A DNA stretch of 64,000 bases from Clostridia bacterium. GTDB taxonomy: Bacteria; Bacillota; Clostridia; UMGS1883. A program made the translations under genes and the position numbers. Below the pieces are notes generated by a model. The model was not told the DNA's origin. It made no database searches and was given only the letters and a program-made list of their open reading frames with translations. The stretch is taken from the NCBI GenBank assembly GCA_045596985.1, contig JAZODM010000023.1, positions 2,684-66,683 on the forward strand, given 5' to 3'. This document shows positions 19,079 to 28,399 of this stretch, piece after piece (position 1 is the stretch's first letter; each line of letters starts with the position of its first letter).

Positions 19079-19352
19079 CTGTGTCAATCCTTTCTTCGTA
19101 AGACGGCAAACTTTCGTGACCGCCACTTTGTCTTTGCACAATTGCCTCAGGTGGGAGCGCCGATAAAATTATATGCTCACTATCCGTTACAATCACGCTT
19201 TTCGTTTTTCTTCCATATGTAGCATCGATAAGCATACCCTTCTCGCGCGCCTCCTGGCTGAGCCTCTTGACGGGGGCGCTTTCGGGTAGGACTATGCTGA
19301 CAATGCGTATGTCGGACACTAAGTTTCCAAAGCCGATATTAATTAATTTCAT
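19071..19352 (-). CDS. remA: RemA/YlzA (DUF370) regulator
   Basis: [13 protein letters not shown]...SAPVKRL...[19 protein letters not shown]. Start at the ATG at 19352 (RBS AAAGGA). The track extension reads through the heptamer repeat. Confidence 0.88.
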   Translation of the reverse strand: MKLINIGFGNLVSDIRIVSIVLPESAPVKRLSQEAREKGMLIDATYGRKTKSVIVTDSEHIILSALPPEAIVQRQSGGHESLPSYEERIDTDE

Positions 19353-19371
19353 ATTAAACAATCCTTTATAA

Positions 19372-19430
19372 GTGCGAAATTCGAAGTTCGAAATGCGAAA
19401 TGACGGAAAGAAAATTGAAATCAATTTTCT
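19372..19430 (-). repeat. family A repeat, copy 3 (reverse orientation) plus adjacent hairpin
   Basis: GCGAAAT TCGAAGT TCGAAAT GCGAAAT at 19374-19401, which is ATTTCGM on the minus strand. It is followed by the hairpin GAAAATTGA/TCAATTTTC (19410-19429). The array ends 19 nt upstream of the remA ATG. Confidence 0.85.
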
Positions 19431-19459
19431 TTTTATTCCCGTATAGGAAATTCCTTCAT

Positions 19460-19642
19460 GGGGATTGTTAAGGGGTATCCCCTTAACAAATAAATCCGTT
19501 TAAATCGGGGGGCGTGTACCTCGATTTAAACACCTTGCAAGGGCTACCGCGGTAGAGCGGTGCGCGAGCGCAAGCCCTTTTTTCGCAAGTAAATGTTTTG
19601 CAAGGCAAAACTTTGCTTGCGAGATGATGACATTGTCATCAT
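19460..19642 (+). repeat. family B modular hairpin repeat, copy 1 (modules B0-B4)
   Basis: B0 is GTTAAGGGG-TAT-CCCCTTAAC (19467-19487). B1 is GTTTAAATCG-GGGGGCGTGTACCT-CGATTTAAAC (19498-19531). B2 is AAGGGCT...AGCCCTT (19537-19578). B3 spans 19582-19623. B4 is ATGATGAC-ATT-GTCATCAT (19624-19642). Confidence 0.9.
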
Positions 19643-19646
19643 CTTT

Positions 19647-20525
19647 TTACTCTACGTTTTGTATCTGTTCCCTAAGCTTTTCGATTTCAGCCTTTACATC
19701 AATAACAATCTTTGCAATGTCAAGGTCATTTGACTTGGAGCCGATGGTGTTTATCTCACGGTTCATTTCCTGGATTAAAAAGTCAATCTTTCTTCCCACG
19801 CAGCCGCCGTCATGGAGCATTTTCAAAAACTGTGCAACGTGGCTTTTAAGCCTTACCGTTTCTTCGTTTACGTTCACCTTATCTGCAAAGATTGCAACCT
19901 CTGTCAGAAGGCGTGTTTCGTCATACGTTGCAGCACCGAGGATATCACGCATTCTCTCCTCAATACGTGCGCGGTATTCGCTGACAATCTGTGGAGAACG
20001 CTTCTCAATCTCCAAGGTGGCATTTTCGATAAATGCAAGATGCTCACAAAGGTCAGATGCAAGCTTTTCCCCCTCGGCAGTACGCATAGAGTCAAATTCG
20101 TCAAGTGCATTGCCGAGCGCTTTCAAAACAGTGTCCGTGATAATCTGCGCATCATCAGGTGCTTTTTCCACTGTAAACACATCGGGAATACGCAAAAATG
20201 TTTCTGCTGTTGCATTGCTTGAAATTCCAAGTGACTCCGAAAGCGTTCTGAGGGCATTAAGATATGCCCCTGCAAGCGCGCCGTTAAGGTTTACAACACA
20301 TTCTTCATCACCGCTTGATTCTACGTTTACGTATATATCAACCTTACCGCGGTTTATTCTTTCCCCTGCGGCTTTGCGCAGCGGGTCTTCCAGAAAGGTA
20401 TAAACCCTGGGCATTTTTACGGAAAAGTCGCTGTAACGGGAATTTACCGATTTAATTTCAACGGTGAAGGTTTTGCCGCCGCCCTGGGCACTGCCTGCGC
20501 CGTAGCCTGTCATACTCTTAATCAT
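19647..20525 (-). CDS. yicC: YicC/YloC family stress-induced endoribonuclease
   Basis: MIKSMTGYG N-terminus and a C-terminal EIEKLREQIQNVE helix (DUF1732). The internal ATG at 20525 is preferred. Confidence 0.88.
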   Translation of the reverse strand: MIKSMTGYGAGSAQGGGKTFTVEIKSVNSRYSDFSVKMPRVYTFLEDPLRKAAGERINRGKVDIYVNVESSGDEECVVNLNGALAGAYLNALRTLSESLGISSNATAETFLRIPDVFTVEKAPDDAQIITDTVLKALGNALDEFDSMRTAEGEKLASDLCEHLAFIENATLEIEKRSPQIVSEYRARIEERMRDILGAATYDETRLLTEVAIFADKVNVNEETVRLKSHVAQFLKMLHDGGCVGRKIDFLIQEMNREINTIGSKSNDLDIAKIVIDVKAEIEKLREQIQNVE

Positions 20526-20725
20526 AAAATGCTCCGTTCCGCCGCTTTGTTGCGGCATAGAAAGTTATAGAGGGTATATCACCCCATAATTATTTTACAT
20601 TATATCACAGATATGGCTTTTTCGTCAACTGTTTATATTCTGCACTTGCAAAATACAGTTTTTAAGTTTATTTTAAGGAAGAAGTAGTATCCTTTATCCT
20701 GCATAATTATTATTAGGAGGAAAAT

Positions 20726-22963
20726 ATGATGAAACTGCCGGAGAAGGTTAAACCTTTCATTAATACGATGGGCGAAAAAATCAAAAAAGTCAATTTCAAA
20801 AAACCTGTCGAAAAGTTTAAGAAACTCAAAAAACCGATAAAAATTGCAATATGTGCCGTGCTGGTGCTTTCAATAGCACTGGGTGTCTTTGGAATAGGAA
20901 AGATGCGCAGCGCAAAAAAAGCTGCCTCCGAAGCGAGTGCAGACACCTCAATTGTAATGCAGGGAAGCGTAGTAAACAGCATTACAGGCTCGGGTACTGT
21001 TGAGCCTATTGAGCAGAGGGATATTGTTCCGCTCGTAAACGGGAAAATAATTGAGTCTCCGTTTGAAGAGGGGGACGAGGTTAAGGAAAACGATGTTTTG
21101 TACCGCTTTGAAATGACTGCTGCGGAAAATGCGATAAAAACCGCGCAGAATAATGTTGAAAAAGCTCTCACAACGCTTTCAAACAGAAGCAACAACATAA
21201 CTAAGGTACAGGAAAATATCAATGCACTTACAATCAGGGCGACTGCCAGCGGAAAGGTAAGCGATTTATCCCTTAAAGTAGGGGAGGAAGCGTCGGGTAA
21301 AATCTGTACTGTTACAAATTATAAGGAACAGACGGCAACAATCCCGTTTGGCGCATCGCAGATAGATGCCATTAAGGTTGGAGACAGCGCAAATGTGGCG
21401 ATAGATAAGTATATGATAAACGCCCGCGGTACAGTGCTGCGTAAATACAGCGCGCCCGAAACGCTTTCAAGCGGTGCGATTACATATAATGTAGAAATCC
21501 GTCTTGCCGAGGAGTACGTTGTTGAGGAAAATGTGAATGTTACAGCAACAGTTAATACTGCGAGGGGTGATGTAAGCTCTGCCTCATACGGCAGCATAAA
21601 ATATGCAGACCCCGTTACCGTCAATGCTGAACAAAGGGGTAAGGTTTCTAAGGTCAACGTCAAAAACGGAGACTGGGTTAACAAGGGTGACGTTATAGCC
21701 GTGCTTACAAATTCAGACCTTACAGACGAGCTTAAAACCGCAAGGCAAAATCTCACCGATGCGCAGATGAGTCTTTCCGAGGCGGAAAACAACCTCGAAG
21801 ACAAACAAGAGGCAGCACAGGATTACATAGTAACCTCCCCCATAAACGGCACAATTCTTACAAAGGATTATACTGTGGGAGATACTGTTGGCGGACAGAA
21901 TGCAACAAGAATGATGGTTGTTGCTGATATGTCAAAGATGAAATTTACCATATCTGTTGACGAGCTTGACATTTCAAAAATAAGCCTCGGGCAGAGTGTA
22001 ACGGTAACTGCAGATGCATTGGAAAACCAAATTCTCACAGGGAAAATTACCTCCGTATCAAAACTTGGCACTGCATCAAACGGTGTCACGACATACCCCG
22101 TAGAGGTAACTATAGACGAGCCGGGTGACCTTATGCCCGGAATGAACGTCAGTGCACAAATCATAGTAGAGCGTGCTGACGGCTGTCTCTACCTTCCTGT
22201 AAGTGCGGTTGAATATTTTGGCGGAAAGTATTATGTAACTGTTGTGGGAGAAGTGGAAAATATGCCCCAGATGCCCCAAAGACCGCAGATGAATACCGAG
22301 AGAGAAGAGAGTGCGCCAAAAGATGCGCCAAAAGACGCACAAGCGCCTGAGAGTGCGCCATCTACGGAAACTCAAAATGCAGGTGACGCCAAAAAAGCCG
22401 AAGGCAGAATACCGGGCGGCGAAAACGGGCAAATGCCCCCGCGTGGCGAGGGCGGACAGATGCCTCAATTTGGTGAGGGTGGACAAATGCCAGGGCGTGG
22501 CGAAGGCGGACAAATGCCCCCGCGCAGTGAAAATGGACAGATGCCCCAGCGTAGCGAAAACACAGAAGAAAGCACTGCTAAAAAAGAAGAAGGCAGTAAG
22601 GACGCTGAAAAATCACAAAACAGTGAGAAAACTTCTCAGAAAGAAGCCGAAAACAATCTGCCCGGGCGCGGAGAAATGCCGCAGAGAACACAGCGCAGCG
22701 AAATGAAAATCAAGCTTTCAGGAAAGCAGGAGCGGATAGAGGTTGAAATCGGTATCAGTAACGATGAATATTACGAGATAAAGAGCGGTGTGACGCTCGG
22801 TCAGGTAGTTAAAAACACCTCGCAGCAATCAGGCTCATCAAGTAATAATATGATGGGCAGAATGGGCGGCGGTATGATGGGTGGTATGCCCGGCGGTATG
22901 GGCGGTAGAATGCCCGCAGGCATGGGCGGCGGTATGAGCGGAGCTATGGGAGGAAGAAGATAA
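20726..22963 (+). CDS. efflux periplasmic adaptor (HlyD/MacA family) with a large low-complexity insertion and Met/Gly-rich tail
   Basis: N-terminal TM segment (IAICAVLVLSIALGVFGI), coiled-coil hairpin and barrel-sandwich regions. The C-terminal beta domain (IKLSGKQERIEVEIGISNDEYYEIKSG) follows a roughly 150-aa disordered insert. RBS AGGAGG. Confidence 0.8.
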   Translation: MMKLPEKVKPFINTMGEKIKKVNFKKPVEKFKKLKKPIKIAICAVLVLSIALGVFGIGKMRSAKKAASEASADTSIVMQGSVVNSITGSGTVEPIEQRDIVPLVNGKIIESPFEEGDEVKENDVLYRFEMTAAENAIKTAQNNVEKALTTLSNRSNNITKVQENINALTIRATASGKVSDLSLKVGEEASGKICTVTNYKEQTATIPFGASQIDAIKVGDSANVAIDKYMINARGTVLRKYSAPETLSSGAITYNVEIRLAEEYVVEENVNVTATVNTARGDVSSASYGSIKYADPVTVNAEQRGKVSKVNVKNGDWVNKGDVIAVLTNSDLTDELKTARQNLTDAQMSLSEAENNLEDKQEAAQDYIVTSPINGTILTKDYTVGDTVGGQNATRMMVVADMSKMKFTISVDELDISKISLGQSVTVTADALENQILTGKITSVSKLGTASNGVTTYPVEVTIDEPGDLMPGMNVSAQIIVERADGCLYLPVSAVEYFGGKYYVTVVGEVENMPQMPQRPQMNTEREESAPKDAPKDAQAPESAPSTETQNAGDAKKAEGRIPGGENGQMPPRGEGGQMPQFGEGGQMPGRGEGGQMPPRSENGQMPQRSENTEESTAKKEEGSKDAEKSQNSEKTSQKEAENNLPGRGEMPQRTQRSEMKIKLSGKQERIEVEIGISNDEYYEIKSGVTLGQVVKNTSQQSGSSSNNMMGRMGGGMMGGMPGGMGGRMPAGMGGGMSGAMGGRR
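22418..22561 (+). repeat. in-frame 27-bp tandem repeat (5.3 units) inside the adaptor gene
   Basis: Units start at 22418, 22445, 22472, 22499 and 22526. They encode GENGQMPPR GEGGQMPQF GEGGQMPGR GEGGQMPPR SENGQMPQR SEN. Confidence 0.9.
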
Positions 22964-22967
22964 GTCT

Positions 22968-23663
22968 ATGATACAGATTAATGATATGTATAAAATCTAT
23001 AAAATAGGCGAAATAGAGGTGCGTGCCTTAAACGGCGTATCCCTTAATGTAAAGCCAAAGGAATTTGTGTCAATCATCGGCCCGTCGGGTAGCGGCAAAT
23101 CAACTCTTATGAATATGATTGGCTGCCTTGACACGGCAACAAGCGGCGAATACATTCTTGACGGAAGAATTGTGGAAAATCTTACCGAGGATGAACTGGC
23201 AAGCATACGCAACGAGAAAATCGGCTTTATATTTCAGGGCTTTAACCTTTTAAACAAGCTTACTGCGCTGGAAAATGTGGAGCTGCCACTTGTATATCGC
23301 GGAGTGGACGCTGCGCGCCGCAGAGAGCTTGCAGAGGCAGCGCTTGTGCGCGTAGGACTTGAGGAGCGTATGCATCACCGCCCGAAGGAGCTTTCAGGCG
23401 GTCAGCAGCAGCGCGTTGCAATAGCAAGGGCGCTTTCATCCAAGCCTCCGTTGATTCTCGCTGACGAGCCAACGGGAAACCTCGATTCCAAAAGTGGTGT
23501 GGAGGTTATGAAAATGCTCAAGGAAATCCATAGCGAGGGGAATACCATTGTGCTTATAACACACGATTCCGACGTTGCCCGTCAGGCGGAGCGTGTTGTA
23601 AGAATTGCTGACGGACAGATTACCAGTGATACCACTGCCACAGAGGATGTGAAATGTGAATGA
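22968..23663 (+). CDS. MacB/LolD-type ABC transporter ATP-binding protein
   Basis: GPSGSGKST, LSGGQQQRVAIARAL, ILADEPTGNLD and the H-loop ITHD. Confidence 0.92.
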   Translation: MIQINDMYKIYKIGEIEVRALNGVSLNVKPKEFVSIIGPSGSGKSTLMNMIGCLDTATSGEYILDGRIVENLTEDELASIRNEKIGFIFQGFNLLNKLTALENVELPLVYRGVDAARRRELAEAALVRVGLEERMHHRPKELSGGQQQRVAIARALSSKPPLILADEPTGNLDSKSGVEVMKMLKEIHSEGNTIVLITHDSDVARQAERVVRIADGQITSDTTATEDVKCE

Positions 23664-24853
23664 ATATATTTATGTCATTTAAAATGGCGCTTGACAGTAT
23701 CCTTAGCTCAAAGGTGCGCTCCTTTTTGACGATGCTTGGTATTATAATCGGTGTTGCGGCAGTAATTATACTTGTAAATATGGTGACGGCAACTACCCTT
23801 AATATGCGTAACCAGCTTGAGAGTATGGGTACAAACCTTATCAATGTTACCATAAGCCGTGGCGGATGGGGTATGACCAGAAGCGTCAGCGTAGCGGAAA
23901 TTGAAGAAATAGCTGCCGAAAACTCTGACTGTATTGAGTACATAACTCCCGTGGTTAACAGCCGCGGCACAGTTAAATACGGCAACAGCAATGTTTCAAC
24001 TACCCTTTACGGTGTTAACGAGCATTATGGCTCAATCCGTAACCGCAGCATTTCGAGCGGACGGTTTCTTACGCAAAATGACATCGACAATCGCTCCTCG
24101 GTGGTGATTATCGGTGAATATGTACGCACAGAGCTTTTTGGAGGGCAGGATCCGGTCGGACAGGAAATCAAGATTAATAATGAAGTGTTTACCGTTATAG
24201 GCCTTCTTGAACAAAAGTCCTCAAACGTGTCGCAGGGAAGTGATGATGACATTATCCTTATCCCTTATTCAAGGGCAACGCGCCTTATCAGAAATGTAAA
24301 CATAAACTCCTTTGCAGTATCTGCGGTAAGCGCAGACACTATGGCGCAAGCTACAACTGCGATAGAAAATGTTCTTTACAGGAAGTTCAAGTCCAATAAT
24401 TACTATACAGTAACAAATCAGGCAGACCAGATTGACACCATTGACGATGCGCTTGGCTCTATGACGCTTTTAATGGCAGGAATAGCAGGGATATCGCTTA
24501 TCGTCGGCGGAATAGGAATAATGAACATTATGCTTGTAACCGTAACGGAAAGAACACGGGAAATAGGCATACGAAAAGCTATCGGTGCCAAAACGGGAAC
24601 GATACTTGTGCAGTTTCTGATTGAATCGGCGGTTGTAAGCTGCCTTGGAGGTCTTATCGGAATTGTATTAGGCGTCGTCAGCAGTTACTTTACCTGTATA
24701 GGTATGGGTATGCCGACGGTGCCGCTATCGCAGCAGACCTCAATCATTTTAGGATCATTTATATTTTCGGCGGCAATAGGAATATTTTTTGGCTTGTATC
24801 CGGCAAGAAAAGCTGCAAAGCTTAATCCTATTGAAGCGCTAAGATTTGAATAA
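23660..24853 (+). CDS. MacB-type ABC permease (MacB_PCD + FtsX domains)
   Basis: 397 aa with TM1, a roughly 220-aa extracytoplasmic domain and three C-terminal TM helices. Ends in YPARKAAKLNPIEALRFE. Its start overlaps the ATPase stop. Confidence 0.92.
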   Translation: MNIFMSFKMALDSILSSKVRSFLTMLGIIIGVAAVIILVNMVTATTLNMRNQLESMGTNLINVTISRGGWGMTRSVSVAEIEEIAAENSDCIEYITPVVNSRGTVKYGNSNVSTTLYGVNEHYGSIRNRSISSGRFLTQNDIDNRSSVVIIGEYVRTELFGGQDPVGQEIKINNEVFTVIGLLEQKSSNVSQGSDDDIILIPYSRATRLIRNVNINSFAVSAVSADTMAQATTAIENVLYRKFKSNNYYTVTNQADQIDTIDDALGSMTLLMAGIAGISLIVGGIGIMNIMLVTVTERTREIGIRKAIGAKTGTILVQFLIESAVVSCLGGLIGIVLGVVSSYFTCIGMGMPTVPLSQQTSIILGSFIFSAAIGIFFGLYPARKAAKLNPIEALRFE

Positions 24854-24864
24854 GAGGTGGTAGT

Positions 24865-27147
24865 ATGAAGGTGAAAATAACGGCGCTCATATGTGCGCTC
24901 ATAATGATATTAAACGTAAATGCACTTGCAGTATTTTACGATGTCGATACAACAAGCGATGTGGGAAATGCTATCTCTCAGCTTTCTTCCCTGGGAATTA
25001 TTAACGGCTTCGCTGATGGCTCCTTTCATCCTGACGAAACGCTTACCCGCGCGCAGTTTGCAAAAATTGCCGTTTATATGCTCGGGGAGCAGGAGAATGC
25101 CGCAGCGCGCAGTGCGAGTATGGTTTTCAGTGACGTTCCCAAAGATAACTGGGCAAGCGGGTATATAAACTATATTGCCGAAAAGGAGATTATCAACGGA
25201 TACCCTGACGGAACCTTCGGCGCAAACGATACGATAAATTATGCACAGGCGCTGACAATCCTTATCAGGCTTTTAGGCTATAGCGGAGAGGATGTAGGTT
25301 ACAGGTGGCCCGACGGGTATATCAGCAGAGCGAGCGCCCTCGGCATAACAAGGAATATGAGCTTTGACACATACGAAAACCTCACACGCGGTAATGCGGC
25401 ATACCTTGTATACAATACACTTTTAGCTGAAAAAAAGGAAAATTCATCCATAAATCTTTTGAGCACTTCAAGTGTGGAGGATGTCGTAATTTACGGCGAC
25501 GGGGAAATTGATGCAAGCCTTGCAAGCGGAAACATTATGACCACAAAGGGTACATACAAGCTTGCAAACGCAAGTAATATAAATAGCAGTATGTACGGAA
25601 AAATGGGAACTCTCTACCTTGACGGTGAGGGCAGGGCAACTGCATTTGTCCCCGAAAAGGAGACTGTGCGCAATGTTACAATAGTCAGCGCCGCAAAGAA
25701 CAGTGACATCGGCAAAGTGGAAATAACCTTTACAGAAAATACAAATACAAAGACGGAAAGCTTCGGACTTAATGCACCCGTTTACTACAGCGGAAAAAGT
25801 TCAACACTTGAAAATGCAGTTTCAGAGCTTGAAACAGGTCGGGAGGCGGTGCTCTTCTTTAGCGAGGGCGGCATTTTTGAAAGAATATATCTTAAGGAAA
25901 GTTCTCTTGAAGGACCTGTAACGATTTCAGGCAGTTACTCGCAAATTTATTCTTCCTTTAATATATCCAATAAATCAGCACTTTCAGTTGTGCGTGACGG
26001 ACGTAAATCAAATGTTGAAAGCATCAGTATGTATGATGTTGTCTATTATATGAGAAGTAATAACACCATATATGCATATACTGACAAAATAACAGGCATA
26101 TATGAGGAGGCATATCCCATAAAGGCAAATGTGTCAAGCGTGCTTGTTGCAGGCAGGGAATATCAGCTTTCCTCGCAGAAGGCTATCAGTAAAATGAATG
26201 AGAGCAGTTCTTCCTTTGATATAGGGGAGCGTGTAACATTGCTCTTTGGCAGAAACGGCGAGGTTATTGACGTCGTTGATATGAGTGCGAGCGGAAATCT
26301 GGATATAGCCGTTCTTACAGAGTGCTACAGCGAAGTTTCAACGGATGTTGATACAAACGGTCAGCATACAAAATATGTAAAGCTTGTTCTTCCCGACGGA
26401 AACGAGGTAACCTATAAAACAGATAGAGATTATAGTAATTATACAGGAAGCGTTATGCGTGTTACCTATTCAAATAATATGGCACACCTTTCCGTAGTGG
26501 GGAATAACACAGTATACGGTGATTTTGATGCGTCAATCCCCTCCCTTGACGGACACTGGCTTACAGGTAACTGTGCAATTTTAGAGCTTACGGAGAATAT
26601 AGAAGGAGAAAAGGCAACTGTCAGGAAAATAGATGTAAAGGACATTGTTACAACCTCCCTTACCAAAAATCAGGTTATTCACGCCGAGGTTACGGGCGAT
26701 ATGAAGGATATAAGCTTCCTTTATGTGCAAAACGTCACGAAGGCAGATGCGGATTTTGGTGTTGTAATGAAAAAAAGCGGTAACAGAGCTACTGTTCTTA
26801 TCGGAGAGCAGCAAAAATCCTTTACGACAAACCTTGCTCTTTCAAACGGCAGTGCGGTTGAGGTTATAAATACTGCCGACGGAGAAAAGGTAACTGCTCT
26901 TACAAAGGTTGGCTCAGGCACTGATGTGTCGGGTTATTCCTCGGGCAGGGTAAGGGTAGGCTCAACCACATATGCCGTCAGCGACTATGTAAAAATTTAC
27001 GGCGGCAGAACGGCAGAGGATTACCGCACTATGTCAATAGAGGAAATGCTTGACAAGGATAATGTGACAGGGGTCACGCTTTATTCAGACAGAAGCCTTG
27101 GGGGCGGCGGAGTAGTAAGAGTGATTGTCCTTAAAACAAATAAGTAA
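24865..27147 (+). CDS. S-layer-homology (SLH) domain cell-wall-anchored protein, C-terminal ~560 aa of unknown fold
   Basis: Signal peptide MKVKITALICALIMILNVNALA, then three SLH repeats (FYDV...FADGSFHPDETLTRAQFAKI; FSDVPKDNWASGYINY...YPDGTFGANDTINYAQAL; WPDGYISRASALGIT...). Starts 11 nt after the permease stop with RBS GAGGTGG. Confidence 0.8.
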   Translation: MKVKITALICALIMILNVNALAVFYDVDTTSDVGNAISQLSSLGIINGFADGSFHPDETLTRAQFAKIAVYMLGEQENAAARSASMVFSDVPKDNWASGYINYIAEKEIINGYPDGTFGANDTINYAQALTILIRLLGYSGEDVGYRWPDGYISRASALGITRNMSFDTYENLTRGNAAYLVYNTLLAEKKENSSINLLSTSSVEDVVIYGDGEIDASLASGNIMTTKGTYKLANASNINSSMYGKMGTLYLDGEGRATAFVPEKETVRNVTIVSAAKNSDIGKVEITFTENTNTKTESFGLNAPVYYSGKSSTLENAVSELETGREAVLFFSEGGIFERIYLKESSLEGPVTISGSYSQIYSSFNISNKSALSVVRDGRKSNVESISMYDVVYYMRSNNTIYAYTDKITGIYEEAYPIKANVSSVLVAGREYQLSSQKAISKMNESSSSFDIGERVTLLFGRNGEVIDVVDMSASGNLDIAVLTECYSEVSTDVDTNGQHTKYVKLVLPDGNEVTYKTDRDYSNYTGSVMRVTYSNNMAHLSVVGNNTVYGDFDASIPSLDGHWLTGNCAILELTENIEGEKATVRKIDVKDIVTTSLTKNQVIHAEVTGDMKDISFLYVQNVTKADADFGVVMKKSGNRATVLIGEQQKSFTTNLALSNGSAVEVINTADGEKVTALTKVGSGTDVSGYSSGRVRVGSTTYAVSDYVKIYGGRTAEDYRTMSIEEMLDKDNVTGVTLYSDRSLGGGGVVRVIVLKTNK

Positions 27148-27252
27148 TGAAGAACGGGGCATTGGCAGTGCGCCTTTGCCCCGAAAACTTCCTTACTATA
27201 TAACATAAAACGTCTGTTTTTTGAGAATGTAGAAAAAAATAGAAAAAATATG

Positions 27253-27281
27253 TTGACAATAAAAAGCTAATGTGTTATAGT
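27253..27281 (+). promoter_or_regulatory. sigma-A type promoter for rpmG-secE-nusG
   Basis: TTGACA (27253-27258), 17-bp spacer ending in TGT, then TATAGT (27276-27281). Confidence 0.6.
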
Positions 27282-27354
27282 TATTGTACCTCGCCAAGAA
27301 GGCTTTTTTTACGTGCGTAAAAAATTGGGGTAAATATTCATTGGAGGCGCAATT

Positions 27355-27504
27355 ATGAGAGTTAAAATAACTTTAGCATGCACAGAGTGCAAGCAGCGTA
27401 ACTACAATACTGTGAAGAATAAGAAGAATCATCCCGACAGACTCGAGATGAATAAGTATTGTCCTTTCTGCCGCAAGCACACACTGCATAAAGAATCTAA
27501 ATAA
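27355..27504 (+). CDS. rpmG: 50S ribosomal protein L33
   Basis: Own translation: [49 protein letters not shown] (49 aa, below the track cutoff). RBS GGAGG. Confidence 0.93.
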   Translation: MRVKITLACTECKQRNYNTVKNKKNHPDRLEMNKYCPFCRKHTLHKESK

Positions 27505-27519
27505 TAGAGGGTGAACTTA

Positions 27520-27732
27520 ATGGGAGAAACTGTTAAAAAGGACGGCATTTTCCGTCGTATTCTTAAATCCATAAAGGCTACAAAATCCGAATTTAAGAAG
27601 GTTGTATGGCCGACAAAAAAACAGCTCATTAACAACACTTTGATTGTTATCGCTGCTCTTATTGTTATTGGTCTTATAATATTTGGTTTGGATACGCTCT
27701 TCATTTCTTTGAGTAAGGTTGTTCTCGGCTAA
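27520..27732 (+). CDS. secE: preprotein translocase subunit SecE
   Basis: EFKKVVWPTKKQLINNTLIVIAALIVIGLIIFGLD. ATG at 27520 after GAGGGTG. Canonical rpmG-secE-nusG order. Confidence 0.88.
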   Translation: MGETVKKDGIFRRILKSIKATKSEFKKVVWPTKKQLINNTLIVIAALIVIGLIIFGLDTLFISLSKVVLG

Positions 27733-27770
27733 TTTTTAAAGAGGGAGGATGGGCGCTTGCCTGATGTATT

Positions 27771-28298
27771 ATGAGTGCTGAATTTAAATGGTATGTTGCT
27801 CATACTTATTCGGGATATGAAAATAAGGTAAAAGACAGCATTGAAAAAACGGTTGAAAACCGCGGCCTTGGTGATCTTATCGGCGATGTGTGCATCCCTG
27901 TTGAGGAGGCAGTCGAGGAAAACGACAAGGGCGAAAAGAAAACCGTTACGAGAAAGATTTACCCCGGATACGTATTTATAAAGATGCAAATGACCGACGA
28001 AAGTTGGTATGTTGTCCGCAACACCCGTGGATGTACGGGCTTTGTAGGACCCGGAAGCAAGCCTGTTCCGCTTTCCGAGGCGGAGGTTATGAGTCTTGGC
28101 GTTGAAAAGACACAGGTTGACCTCGGCATTGATGTCGGCGATACTGTAAGAATTACCGACGGCAGTATGGAAGGCTTTATGGGTGAGGTTTTGGAAATTA
28201 ACCATGAAAAACGCAAAGTCAGCGTTATGGTTACTATGTTCGGCGGCAGAGAAATGCAGGTAGAGTTTGAGTTCTACCAGATTGAACCGCTTGAATAA
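27771..28298 (+). CDS. nusG: transcription termination/antitermination factor NusG
   Basis: WYVAHTYSGYENKV (NGN domain) and C-terminal KOW VGDTVRITDGSMEGFMGEV. Confidence 0.95.
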   Translation: MSAEFKWYVAHTYSGYENKVKDSIEKTVENRGLGDLIGDVCIPVEEAVEENDKGEKKTVTRKIYPGYVFIKMQMTDESWYVVRNTRGCTGFVGPGSKPVPLSEAEVMSLGVEKTQVDLGIDVGDTVRITDGSMEGFMGEVLEINHEKRKVSVMVTMFGGREMQVEFEFYQIEPLE

Positions 28299-28399
28299 AC
28301 AGCAAAATCAGTTAATAAGCCGCAAGGCTTGTTATAGATGGGAGAACGCGTATAAAGCGTTCGTTATTACCACATTTTTTCTCTAAGGAGGTGCAAACC

